Assembly: GCF_963676685.1 (NCBI RefSeq)
Contig: NC_092355.1
Coordinates: forward strand, 11,222,001 to 11,286,000
Origin: Mytilus edulis
Lineage: Eukaryota
Length of the DNA stretch: 64,000 bases
Reading direction: 5' to 3'
Below the pieces are notes generated by a model. The model ran no database searches. It saw nothing but the letters and a program-made list of their open reading frames with translations, and was not told the origin of the DNA. This document shows, in pieces, positions 1 to 11,747 of the stretch; the stretch's first letter is position 1; every line of letters begins with the position of its first letter. The position numbers were made by a program, and so were the translations under genes.

Positions 1-700
1 TTTGTATATGATATCGAACAGTTTATGCGCTTTTGAAATTTACCCTGCGTAAACGAATATTTTTCTTTGTAGGAGTTATCTCCCCAAACACTGTTTTCCT
101 TGTTATGGCATCTCCTTCGCAACCGTTAAAGATTATGACAAATTTATTTTACAAAATTGTTCGTTACATCCTCAGTAATTTTTGGCGTATTTGGATCGAA
201 GCGATTCGAAGAAATTTTATAGGAGTTATCTATCTTTTCGGAATAAATTTGTCGGTATGTTTTTTTAACTCATAAACCGTTAACCGTATAACCCTGGAAT
301 GTTTTTATTTGAGTCCCCTGATTCCTAACTTAGAAAATTAGGTCAAGGTCACAGGTCAAGGTCATATTTTAGATTTTCATGTGTCTTTGATTTCCCTATA
401 ACTCTTGAACGGTTATAGATACAAAAAAATTAAGCAGTGAAAAATGCTTGGTACTTCAAGGGGCAACTTTTTTTACATTATGACTATATTGATTTTACCA
501 TCATGTAAGGGACATAACTCCCATCGATGGTTTTTAAAAGGCCATTTTTAGGCAAAACTCTAAAACAAAAGGTCCTTGACCCATAGGGTCTTTTGCAATG
601 ACCTTGTGGAGCAATGACCTTGACGAAGGTTACAAGGTCAAAGGTCAAGGTCATCAAATTATGTGGTTTTGGCACTATTTAAACAGTTTAATGTGTGTTT
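1..700 (+). mobile_element. Partial Helentron-associated (HINE/DINE-1-like) element, same family as 30511-31712
   Basis: Window starts inside the element; 5-130 is near-identical to ~30635-30760 (GTATATGATATCGAACAG...GGAGTTATCTCCCCAAACACTGTTTTCC); recurrent AGGTCAAGGTCA motifs. Confidence 0.7.
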
Positions 701-707
701 GAATTTC

Positions 708-738
708 AACCAACCAACCAACCAACCAACTAACCAAC

Positions 739-777
<39 letters not shown>

Positions 778-875
778 GATCATGATCAATCAACCAATAA
801 TGATCATGATCAATCAATCAATCATGTTTCCGTCTCATGTGTTTCTTATAGGGTTCAGCCAACCAACCAACCAAC

Positions 876-910
<35 letters not shown>

Positions 911-1043
911 GATCATGATCAACCAATCATGTTTCCGTCTCATGTGTTTAATATAGGGTCCAAGATCTTCTTTGTGTCTTTTTCCGTGTTTCACTTGACC
1001 CTATCCAATGTGTTTAACCAACCAACCAACCAACCAACCAACT

Positions 1044-1085
<42 letters not shown>

Positions 1086-1564
1086 GATCATGATCAATCA
1101 ATCATGTTTCCGTCTCATGTGTTTAATATAGGGTCCAAGATCTTCTTTGTTTCTTTTTCCGTGTTTCAATTGACCCTATCCAACGTGTTTAACCAACCAA
1201 CCAACCAACCAACTAATCAATTAATCAATCAATCAACCAATCAATCAATCATGATCATGATCAATCAATCATGTTTCCGTCTCATGTGTTTAATATAGGG
1301 TCCAAGATCTTCTTTGTTTTTTTTCCGTGTTTCAATTGACCCTATCCAACGTGTTTAACCAACCAACCAACCAACCAACCAACCAACCAACCAACTAATC
1401 AATTAATCAATCAATCAACTAATCAATCAATCATGATCATGATCAATCAATCATGTTTCCGTCTCATGTGTTTAATATAGGGTCCAAGATCTTCTTTGTT
1501 TCTTTTTCCGTGTTTCAATTGACCCTATCCAACGTGTTTAACCAACCAACCAACTAACCAACTT

Positions 1565-1599
<35 letters not shown>
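708..1599. repeat. Compound minisatellite: ~150-185 bp units of (AACC)n(AATC)n plus a constant core
   Basis: Units start ~708, 858, 1017, 1191, 1357, 1540; core ATCATGTTTCCGTCTCATGTGTTTAATATAGGGTCC...GACCCTATCCAACGTGTTT; length varies mainly in the tetranucleotide tracts. Confidence 0.95.
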
Positions 1600-2319
1600 T
1601 GTATGACTGTTTAATCATGACAGTTTATTGAAGGAACAAACTCTCAATTATTCAAGAAAAATTGAAATTTAATATTGTTCTTACGTCACTTCTGAAAAAA
1701 AATCCACATGTTCTCTGAAACTACAAGTACAATCGACCTCAAAATTTGCAGTCAGCAGGGCATACATGTACTAAACGTTTATAAAAAAACTTGGTGCAGA
1801 TATCTCTCAAAGCTTTTCCTAGAGAAAAGAAATGGCAATGCCGTAAAAATAGCTTGCTAGGTCCGTAAATCTCAGTAAAAACCTACAATAAAATGTCCGC
1901 TCCGAGTTTGAAATACTAATCTGTGTTACAAACAGGTGCTGAAAAATGTACATTATCAGAAAATAATCAATAAATGTGTTTTAAAGTTACACCGGATCAA
2001 TTAAATCCAAAACATGCACTACTTGTGAACTGTCATCAAAATGTCAATTTCCTACAATGACAAAAGAAATAACATTGTGTACATTCCATCTCTATAGATG
2101 TTGTCTGTTTAACGTCCCCACCTAAAAAGAAATAAAAAGACTATCTTTTCGTTATTATAAACCCGTGTCACGTGATGTGGCGCGCGCGCTGTACCTAAAA
2201 TAAAAGAAAAACTTTCCAAACTAAACATGAAACTTCTCCGGTAGCAATAATATAGACCCCATACAGAAACAAACAAACAAACAAACAAACAAACACCCCC
2301 CAATTCAATTAATTTTACA

Positions 2320-3257
2320 GGGGGAAAGACCCCCTACAATTGCTTTTTTAAAGCAATTGATTTTATATTTATTATTATTATTATTTTTTTTATTCTTCCG
2401 CCTAATTCTTTTCTTGCGTAGTATTGATGTTTCAAAAGATGTCGCTTAGATATTTGGAATATGATATTGTAAAGCGTATGCACTTTTAAAACTAACCACT
2501 GCGTAACCAAATACTTTACGTTGTAAGAGTTATCTCCCCAAACACTGTTTTTCTTGTGGCCACTACTCCTTCGCAACCATAAAAGATTACGACAAATTTA
2601 TTTTACCAAATTGCTCGTTACATCCTCAGGATGTCTGTTTTATTTTGACCGAAGCCGTATAGAGACTCCATATGAGAGTTAGTTCCCCTTTTGTATTTGA
2701 AATTTTGAAATGTATTTTAAACTGGAAAACCATAAGTGATAGAGACCTAGGGTCTTTTGTTTTGAGATCATTGGTCCAAAAAAATGAAAATTAGGTAAAG
2801 GTCAAAGGTCAAGGTCATATTCTAAATTTTGATTTTGGCCTATTTTCACTAATTTTCATTAACCTTATAAGATACCGACAAATTATTTTTACTAAATTGT
2901 TAGTTGCGACATGTCGTAACTTATATATTTTGGTTAAAAGGGTGTGTAGACATAAAATGGGAGTTTTTGCCCCTCCTATATTAAGAATTAAACGTAAAGT
3001 GATATAACTCATTAACTATACATATTACAGACCTAGGGTCTTTTTATTTGGGGTCCCTGGTTTATGACCTTGAAATATAGGTCAAGGTCATCAGTAAATG
3101 TGACGTTCTAGATTTTGACCTTTGCTCAAAATTCATATTTATACATCATTAAGCCATAGGAACTGACATTTTCAACTCAATTTTAATATTTTCATATCAA
3201 AATAGATCCTTATTGGTGGAAAGACCTTCAATTGTTCTCTGAACAATTGGTTTTTAA
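2320..3257 (+). mobile_element. HINE/DINE-1-like element, diverged relative of 30511-31712
   Basis: GGAAAGACC at the 5' end, (ATT)n tract, TTCTTCCGCCTAATT, internal AGGTCAAAGGTCAAGGTCA repeats, 3' GGAAAGACCT then hairpin CAATTGTTC-TCT-GAACAATTG and GTTTTTAATT, the same terminus as 31672-31712. Confidence 0.8.
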
Positions 3258-3259
3258 TT

Positions 3260-3610
3260 TTATCTTGTTTACGTTATTACGACTTATTATAAACATCCGG
3301 TGAATGTCTACGACTACGTCCTTCGTAATAAAATAGCTGGACATTGACATCAAAGTTAATTCAGTTATTTATCCAAATAATGTGTGATTCAATGTAATGG
3401 TCTAACGGAAGAAAACAAATATAATATCATACATAATTGTGTGTCATCCTTAGTTAATAGACAGATAAGTACTGTATATATAATCTATTTTCAATGTTCA
3501 TGTATCAGAGTGAAATCCCTATAGGTAGAGCTATAACAAGTATTCTCATCATAAATAACAATCAGTGTCAAGTGTCATTACACATTCATGAATGATGCAA
3601 TACTTTATAT
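3260..3610 (-). repeat. Inverted partial paralog of the tandem unit (homologous to ~16200-16550, ~26640-26980, ~40680-40960)
   Basis: Reverse complement contains GATGTCAATGTCCAGCTATTTTATTACGAAGGAC...GACATTCACCGGATGTT, as at 40871-40930. Confidence 0.85.
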
Positions 3611-5034
3611 GGGTTTAGGTTAAACTCATAAACAGTATAATAACAGAAATATCGAACTTATAAAACGGAAGGTCCTTAATAAATTTGCAAAATCAAAAGC
3701 ACACGTAGTGAATGGAAAATAAATATCGTATTCCGTAGTTGATACATGCCATATGTAAATAGAAAACACGGGTTTGTACCTGGTTTAATAACCACGTTAT
3801 CTGTTATTTTGGATTACAGTAGCGCATAATATTTCTTCATTGAACAGACAACAACAGACAAATAGGAACAATAAAAATAAAATTAACAGTAACGATAAAA
3901 GATTGAAAAGAGAGAGGTAATATCGAACATCGTTTGTTGTATTTGTGAATAGCAAATGCCCAATTGCAAAAAGCTACTTCTGCATGTTTTTAACTATGAT
4001 TTTATGCCGATTTTGCTAGACCTTTTTTGTTAAAAAATCATGTGTATGAAATTAGTTATATACAAATTATTGATGATCGAATAATAAGTAAGACACGGGA
4101 TTCATTAGTTTTAAAGCAGTTACCTACATTGGCATTCCGTCTGACAAAAAACGAAAAAGATAAAATTTTCACTACACATTCCTATATGAGGGCGCTAATC
4201 CATCATTATTTTTAATACATTTGTCTACTGCCTACAAAAATTAGAAGCACACAAATAACAACATTTTTATTCATTTTCTACTGACAATTTCATATTTAGT
4301 GCCATTGTGATTGATTTATATTCTATTGTGTTTTAACATTTTGTCATCATATAACAGTGGTAACTGTTTACAAGCATGCAGACACTCGAAAATTTGAAAA
4401 AACTTAAAAGTCAAAGGAAAAAGACAATTGATAATATTTCAGATTATTCTTATGTTCCAGTTTTCGTATTTTCTTCAAATTATAAACCCACTTTCTTCAA
4501 TTATATTACATGAAACATGCTATTTTGCTATGTTTGTATCACATAAATCGTGTAATTATATGCCATTACTGCTGTGTATTATATCACATAGAACTTAACA
4601 GGACTACATGGTTCTTATTTTTATGTTGTACTAAATGTTATATGGTGCATACATACAGAACAACAAACATCTTGAAACAATATATTTCATGAACTTGTAT
4701 ACTTACTTTGAACGTCATATGCGTTATATTGATTGCAGCAACTCATAAAGTAAGTTTCAAATAGGAAATTTGGATGTTTATGGGTAGTCATTTCAAAAAG
4801 CTATGTTAGTTTCAAAATAACTACATTAGTGACGACAATTTTGAATGATGTCCCTATATTAATGTATATCTATATAATACATGATATATCACTACTTCGT
4901 AAACAACGAAATAAAATCTCCATGTATTATATCGATGTACCGAATGATCATTTTGAAAGACACATATGGATATACATATGAACTCATGGATAGAAAACTA
5001 CCCAATCCGCTAAAACTACTCCGAGTATCTGTCG

Positions 5035-5178
5035 TCAGGGGTTGAATTTTAAAACTTTGCTCGGTGATCACAGCATAAAACATCATACTCAAAACATGAA
5101 ATCCAGCATTTTGATTGGTTGAATTTGGAGTATGGGTACAAAAAACAGACTCGAAAGTTTTATGACTTTAAGGCCTGA
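5035..5178. mobile_element. Small MITE-like insertion with imperfect TIRs
   Basis: TCAGGGGTTGAATTTTAAAACTTT ... AAAGTTTTATGACTTTAAGGCCTGA; absent from the paralogous site at ~43885. Confidence 0.6.
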
Positions 5179-5529
5179 TCTTGCATTTGAGCGTAAGCTT
5201 CACACAAATCCAGTACGTGGTACTGACAATTATAAAACATGGATATACCTGACACGTCAAAAATATCATGTTGGCAATCATATGATTGAACAGAGATTAT
5301 AGCATTGAATGCATCAAGACTCACAGGATTTCCATGATGTGAGCTGTAATCTTTTAGAACGGACATCATCATAAAAAACTAGTCCTTGGATACGTACCAA
5401 AAAGACAGAATTGCATAAAATCAGGTTTTTAACCGTTGCTATGTACTTACGGATCTGCCTTGGTATCTTGCAACTATTTTTTTTTTGGTAATCGGAATGT
5501 TATAACACATTTCTTGTTTCCAATGGATA

Positions 5530-5871
5530 AAAGAGGGACGAAAGATACCAAAGGGACAGTCAAACTCATAAATCTAAAACAAACTGACAACGCCATGGCT
5601 AAAAATGAAAAAGACAAACAGAAAAACAATAGTACACACGACACAACATAGAAAACTAAAGAATAAACAACACGAACCCCACCAAAAACTAGGGGTGATC
5701 TCAGGTGCTCCGGAAGGGTAAGCAGATCCTGCTCCACATGTGGCACCCGTCGTGTTGCTTATGTGATTACAAATCCGGTAAATAGTCTAATTCGGTAGGT
5801 CATATTCATGAAAGGGAAGGGGATTGTAGTTACGACGTAAGGAACATATCCGATATCATTTGTGAAACGGT
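5530..5871 (-). mobile_element. 5'-truncated retroelement 3' fragment (AAAGAGGGACGAAAGATACC family, probably Penelope-like)
   Basis: Same left terminus as copies at 14017, 24439 and 32423; variable right end; absent at the paralogous site ~42985. Confidence 0.7.
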
Positions 5872-8756
5872 AAAGGCATATGCTTTAAATAGATATTAAT
5901 TTTTATTTCCTTGTCCCTTCCTTCAGATCTTTGTCAACATAATGGAATATGCTACGACTGTCTTCCAAGTGCAAATTTGAGCTAACTATAAAACCAGGTT
6001 TAATCCATCATTTTCAATATAAGAAAATACCTGTATCAAATCAGGAATATTACAATTAATATCCATTCGTTTGATGTGTGTGAGCGTTTGATTTCGCCAC
6101 TTAATAACAGATTTTCCATTTCAATTTTTTGTCGAAGTTTGGTATATTTGTTATTTTTGGGTTGTTTTTTTTTGGTCAATTAACGAGGCCAATTTTAGCC
6201 GACATGGTAATGCCATGTAGGGATATTTATATGCAGGAAAACACTTTCTTGAAGGAAAACAATTATTTTTACGACGTAATATATTGACCTTGTAAATTTA
6301 CAGTACTTTCATGAGACTCGTCATATAAGCTTTTTACTTATTCACAATGCCACTTTTAGTGCGATAATAACTATAAAATTACATATCCCAAGGTAGTAGA
6401 TGACATTAACAAATGGGAAAAACTAATAATATTAAAGATAAAACACATGGAACTGTGCAATAAAACAAATAATTCATATGAACCTACAAATTAATTTGAA
6501 TGTTAGGCATTCCCTTGACAATCAGAAGCAAGTGGGAGTATATGCTACCAATTGGATGCATTTCATGACACAATAACGCTATATAGATATCCAATGTAAA
6601 ATGTGCGATTTATTCATGTTATTATGTTGGATCCAACATGTACATATGTTCGAAACAAATTTCTATTTGAACAATAAGTCAAGATGATTCTCCGATTTGT
6701 GATTTCCAGATAATGGATTCATTGCTGGGCGATTGTTTCCTTCATGGATATATAACAAATCAATCAGGGAACCAAACTTGCTCAAGTGATGTGGACTTTA
6801 AACATGTATCAATGTAAACCCTTTTCGGTTGATAGTTTTGTTATGTACCTGAAAACCAAATATGACAATAGCCATGTCTACCTTACTTTAATTATAAAAA
6901 GAAGATGTGGTATGATTGCCAATGAGACATGTCTCTACAAGATACCAAATGACAACTATAGGTCACCATACTGTTTTCAACAATGAAAAGATCCATACGA
7001 AAGTCAGCTACGAAAGACCTTGAAATGGCAACGCAAAACAATTTAAACAAAAAAACAAACGACCTTATTTATACACAAAAAATCAACGAAAAAATGTATA
7101 TGTTACGCATTAATAAGTGAAAACCACTGCAACACACGAAAACCAGTAAATTACAGGCTGCTGAGTTTGAACAGGTACTGTAAGATTTTGGCGGGGTTAT
7201 ATTAGTTTAAAAAGGTCAAAGATTACTTCAAATGGTGTGGCTTTTATTTTCGTTTTCGGTTCGTCATCATACTAAGAGTTTACATATTTGGTTGACGTCA
7301 AATCCTGTTAAATCGTTTCGAACGTATGCATTTTTGAATTATTGCTTTCATATTTAATCACAATTACTGCCACTTTTCCTCATAAATACAATAGAAGAGG
7401 TGGAAGGTACTCAATGATAATTCAAAATTCACAAAGCCATGGTCAACAAGTAAATGACTACAAATAGAAAAAAAAAGTTTCATAAAAAACTCTACTGGAC
7501 AACTGAAGTAATATTCACACAAACCGCACTTAACATGGAAGTCAATGGTTTACTAGCGATACCCGTCATATTGAATTTGCCAAATCAAACTTTTTTAATA
7601 AGCATGACAGGTGTCTTTATTTGCCAAAGTAATGTTTATGTTTATATTGTTAAAGAGCCAGCTTTCATAAAAAAAATAATCAAAACAACGACATCAATTT
7701 AAAGCTCTTCCGCTTTTTTTATCCGAATAAAAAGAATAGACGTGTTTAATGTCATCATACTGTATATGTGTTGTGAGTCAAGGAAAGTACATGAATTTTA
7801 ACAATTTCTTATTATTCTCGTGTAAGGTTTAGTATTTCATAAATGACAAAAAAAACAAGGATTATACGCTTACTGGCTATATACTATAATACATACAGAC
7901 AGCACACTACAAATAGATTCGACAATGACAAATATAAGTCACTATTGCAACACAGTAGAAAGATGACCAACAAGATTTCCGAACTCTGATCATAATTCAA
8001 AACAAAAAGTCAGAAATCAAATACAAAAAACCCAAACTCATGAAACAAATAGATAACCACTGTCATACTTCTGACTTGAATACAGTTGCAATGAAACATG
8101 TTAAAGTTAAAAGTCATAATCTGTTAAATAACTATCCTTTTTACGTTATTAAGACTTGTTATCTGTGTTCGATGGTTATGTATCAGAGTGAAATCTCTCT
8201 AAAGCTAGAGCTATAACACGTATTCTGATCATAATCAAAAGTCAGCGTCAAGTATCATTTCATGAATTATGTGATACTTATGTATATTTTAATCAATGTG
8301 AAGTATAACTACAGAAATACATAACTTTAAGTCAACATAAAAAAAAATCCTTATCTGATACATACGTTTCCTTATCATGCTTATATATAAAACAGGGTTT
8401 TAAACCTGGATGTATAGCCATATACAATGCTTTATTGTATGCCAATATTACAGAATTTCATTACATTGACAATAATGTGTAAAAATACCACATACATAGT
8501 CTTACTTTGTATGAATGTAAGGTGGATAGAGTGTCTTCCTCCACCCTGGATTTTGCAATAGCAGATAAAAATTGGTCTAGGTTTTTTCACGGACTTTACA
8601 ACATTCGAGAGTCATATGTAATCTATGCAAAAAGCTTCTTAAAACATCCAAAATGATATTTTTTTTCTATCATATTCGCGGATGTAATTTACAAAACAAA
8701 GTTTGTGTTGCTTGGTTGGTTCATCGAAGCTCTGAACAAACTTATAAATATGTTAA

Positions 8757-9210
8757 CAGTAGTCAGCACTTCGGTGATCAACTGTATGGCCTTTTATAAT
8801 ATTTTCCTTTGAATTTTTCGAACAAAAAATAAGGATTTTCTTATCGCAGGAATAGATTACGTTAGTCGTACTGTTTTGGAATTTAGGGTCCTCAATGCTC
8901 TTCTTCTTTGTTCATATTTGGCTTCATAACTATTTTGATCTGAGCTTCACTGATGAATCTGATGTACACGACACGCACGTCTGACGTACTAAATTATAGT
9001 CCCGGTACCTTTGAAAACTTTTAACACTACTGGATCGATACCAGTGCTTGTTGACGTTTCGTACCCGCGGTTATCACCAATAAAGTAGTCAGCACTTCGG
9101 TGTTAACATAAATATCAACTAAGTATATGGTCTTTATTTAAAAACAATTCTGAAACAAAACTTAGAATTTTTCGAAAAACTAAGGATTTTCCTATCCCAG
9201 GAATAGATGA
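8757..9210 (+). mobile_element. Decayed retrozyme-like unit (~1.3 monomers of ~330-350 bp) with a degenerate hammerhead
   Basis: AGTAGTCAGCACTTCGGTG at 8758 and 9084; AAGGATTTTC(T/C)TATC(G/C)CAGGAATAGAT at ~8831 and ~9182; hammerhead remnant CTGATGA-ATCT...ACAC-GACA-CGCACGTC at ~8943-8987 (GAAA mutated). Confidence 0.6.
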
Positions 9211-9807
9211 TCCAATTATTGTGTTATGATTAATTTCACAACATTCCAAGTCAAGAATTGTTTTTGTTTAGAGAAGCATGTCAAACTAAACTAATTAACA
9301 AATTAATTGTTTATCAACTTTTGTTAATGTAATAACCGTTATATTTCGAACATCAACTTCAAAAGGTGTTGGTCGTGTTTACAGTAACAGGCAATTTTAT
9401 GTTCTTTCAACTCATTTTTCATAATAAGTAAGTAATACTGAGTATTTGATTGTACTTCTACTTGTACGCAAATGAAGTCCAAAAACAAGTAAAAATAGTT
9501 ATTGTTAGTAATTTCAAGTAATTGTAAGTAATTACCTAGGTATTAAATTTAAGTAGATTTTTGCACCGAATCTGATAATTTGACGTACTTTTTATTTTGA
9601 TTTCATAGATATTTGTTTTTTAGGTTATATCCGATTGTGCTGTCTGTTGATTTGTAGTATTGTACAGCTTCAATTGTTATAAACCATGCATTGTTTAAAA
9701 TAATTTAGTGATGATTGTTACGAAAACAAATGAAATTTATACGAAATAATATTAACAACTATCCCGAGCTAACTGATAAACAATATTGAATCAAAGTATA
9801 TAATAGT

Positions 9808-10284
9808 TATACCCCCGCTTTGAAAAAAGGGGGGTATACTGTTTTACCTCTGTCTGTCCTTCCGTCAGTCCGTCAGTCCGTCAGTCCGTCCGTTCCATGA
9901 ATATTTTTCGTCGCATTTTTCTCAGGAACTACAATATAAGGATTTCTGAAATTTGGTTTCAGGGTTTATATAAGTCTGCTACACCGTTTGGTGCCTTTTC
10001 AGATTCATCACGCGACAACTTCCTGTTTACCGAACACTTGTATTATTTTACACATGATAACCAAGATGAAAATTTTCGTCACATTTTTCTCAGGAACTAC
10101 AATACAAATTTCTGAAATTTGGTTTCAGGATTTATACAAGTCATCTATACCGTTTGATGCGTTTTCAGATTCGTCATTCGACAACTTCCTGTTTAGCGAA
10201 CACTTGCATATTTTTCCACTATTAAAATTATCCACTTGCGGCGGGGGTATCATCAGTGAGCAGTAGCTCACAGTTTCACTTGTT
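9808..10284 (+). mobile_element. Complete HINE/DINE-1-like non-autonomous Helentron
   Basis: 5' subTIR ATACCCCCGC (9809-9818) with adjacent IR GGGGGGTAT, (GTCC/GTCA)n microsatellite, two ~170 bp core repeats, 3' subTIR GCGGGGGTAT (10241-10250), 3' hairpin GTGAGC-AGTA-GCTCAC (10256-10271); empty T-rich site in copies 2 and 3 (~19897, ~30327). Confidence 0.88.
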
Positions 10285-11703
10285 TATTTTTCTAATTGTA
10301 AAAAGCAATAGCAAATCAGTCAACCGCGTCAATGCTCTTATAAATGAAAATGTTAATAGGTATTTTATTATTCGTAAGTTTTTAAAAAGTCGCTTCATTC
10401 CCTAAAACACTTATTGCTTTCCTCACGAACTAACATTTAAGTTTACACTTTGTTGTCAAATTGGTCTTATGGGATTAAATTAATAGTATTTTCCTTTTAA
10501 ATCATGTGGTCGACAGACAATCAAAATAAAAACCAGTTGTTAAATTGAGACATGCAGCTATTCATAGGTATACACCAATATAATTACATCTGCTACTCTT
10601 ATACTTGTACTTATTTTTCAAATGTGTCTATCACTATGGTTAATATGAGGAAGGTCCGTATAGAATATTGTAATACTTATCGAAACTACACATTTTCTCA
10701 ACAATTAACACTGATGGTTTATAAGTTCGATGTACGGCTTTTATTTATGTGAATTTAAGCAAATTATATGAAACATCTGTCTTATGCCAATTAACGGTCT
10801 GAAATATGCTTTATATCATGTATATGTCTTAGCATCAAAAGATATCAAAATACATTTTTATATATATAATTAGTCACTTCATTCATATTATTAATACATT
10901 GAAACATGCAACTATCCACGTGAATCCACATCAAACAAATTATCTAACAGATGAAAGTTTAAACAGAAATGGTTTTTCAATATCAAATATATCTGCTTTT
11001 ATACTGTTTGGTGAACATCATCATTTGCTCATTAGGTATATTATCATCTTGCGTGGGTATAATTCAAATCCTACAAATTTAGTTTATAAAAATACGTATA
11101 TACATTCTAACAAACATGTATAATTATTATAAATATGATTATTAAAAGTACATTTACCTTCTTTTTCATTACTATATATGGTAAGGTGACCCGGATTTGT
11201 TGGTTTTTTTTCTATGAGTTTTGAACATTGGTATACTACTGTTTCCTTTATTTAATGCTGAATATCGCAAAGTATTACTGTTTATTGTATTGCCTTTCTT
11301 TACTGCTTTTTAATTGTTTTTTTCCCAGATATTTTATGTTTAAGTTTTTTGGTAATTTTGTATAGTCCGAAAATATGTTAACCTGTACTGCTAATCATAT
11401 AATTCAAAATGCAGCATTGGAACTTCCAGGTAATAAAACTGATTTCATTCGCCCCTCTAGAATACGTGACATTTTTTGTTTACTGTCAATGTTTTAGGAC
11501 GGGCTTTCCTAATCCCAATATCAGTCATATACTGTTACGGTGAATTGAAGCAATAGACATCATTATAAAACAAGGGTAATGAACCAGTTGTTACTTTCAG
11601 TGTATGTCGTGTAACCATGCTCTGCACAAAATTAAAAGGTTTGAAGTATCAAACTTAATTTATTAACATGACATGAAATAACATTAACGGTACCAATTTT
11701 CCT

Positions 11704-11747
11704 GCACCAGATGCGCATTTCGACAAAACATGTCTCTTCAGTGATGC
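11704..11747 (-). ncRNA. Minimal type I hammerhead ribozyme in a ~195 bp insertion (11678-11872)
   Basis: Minus strand GCAUCA-CUGAAGA-GAC(AUGUUUU)GUC-GAAA-UGCGCA-UC-UGGUGC: intact CUGANGA/GAAA core, stems I and II, palindromic stem III, AUC cleavage triplet. Confidence 0.85.

Larger units (their letters stand above)
4990..8280 (-). repeat. Longer inverted, diverged paralog of ~40650-43920 (and ~16200-19000)
   Basis: Collinear reverse-complement matches: 6241-6330 vs 18110-18220; 5415-5433 vs 43040-43065; 5490-5528 vs 42985-43022; 5180-5395 vs 43680-43885; 8175-8260 vs 16240-16320. Confidence 0.8.

Noticed and set aside
776-1298. ORFs rich in NQPT/NQSI
   Set aside because: Translations of (AACC)n/(AATC)n microsatellites.
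708-1599. Repeat-spacer pattern resembling a CRISPR array
   Set aside because: Spacers are microsatellites, the constant part is ~100 bp, no cas genes, eukaryotic context.
5436-5746. ORFs of 71 and 90 aa
   Set aside because: Lie within a high-copy retroelement 3' fragment.
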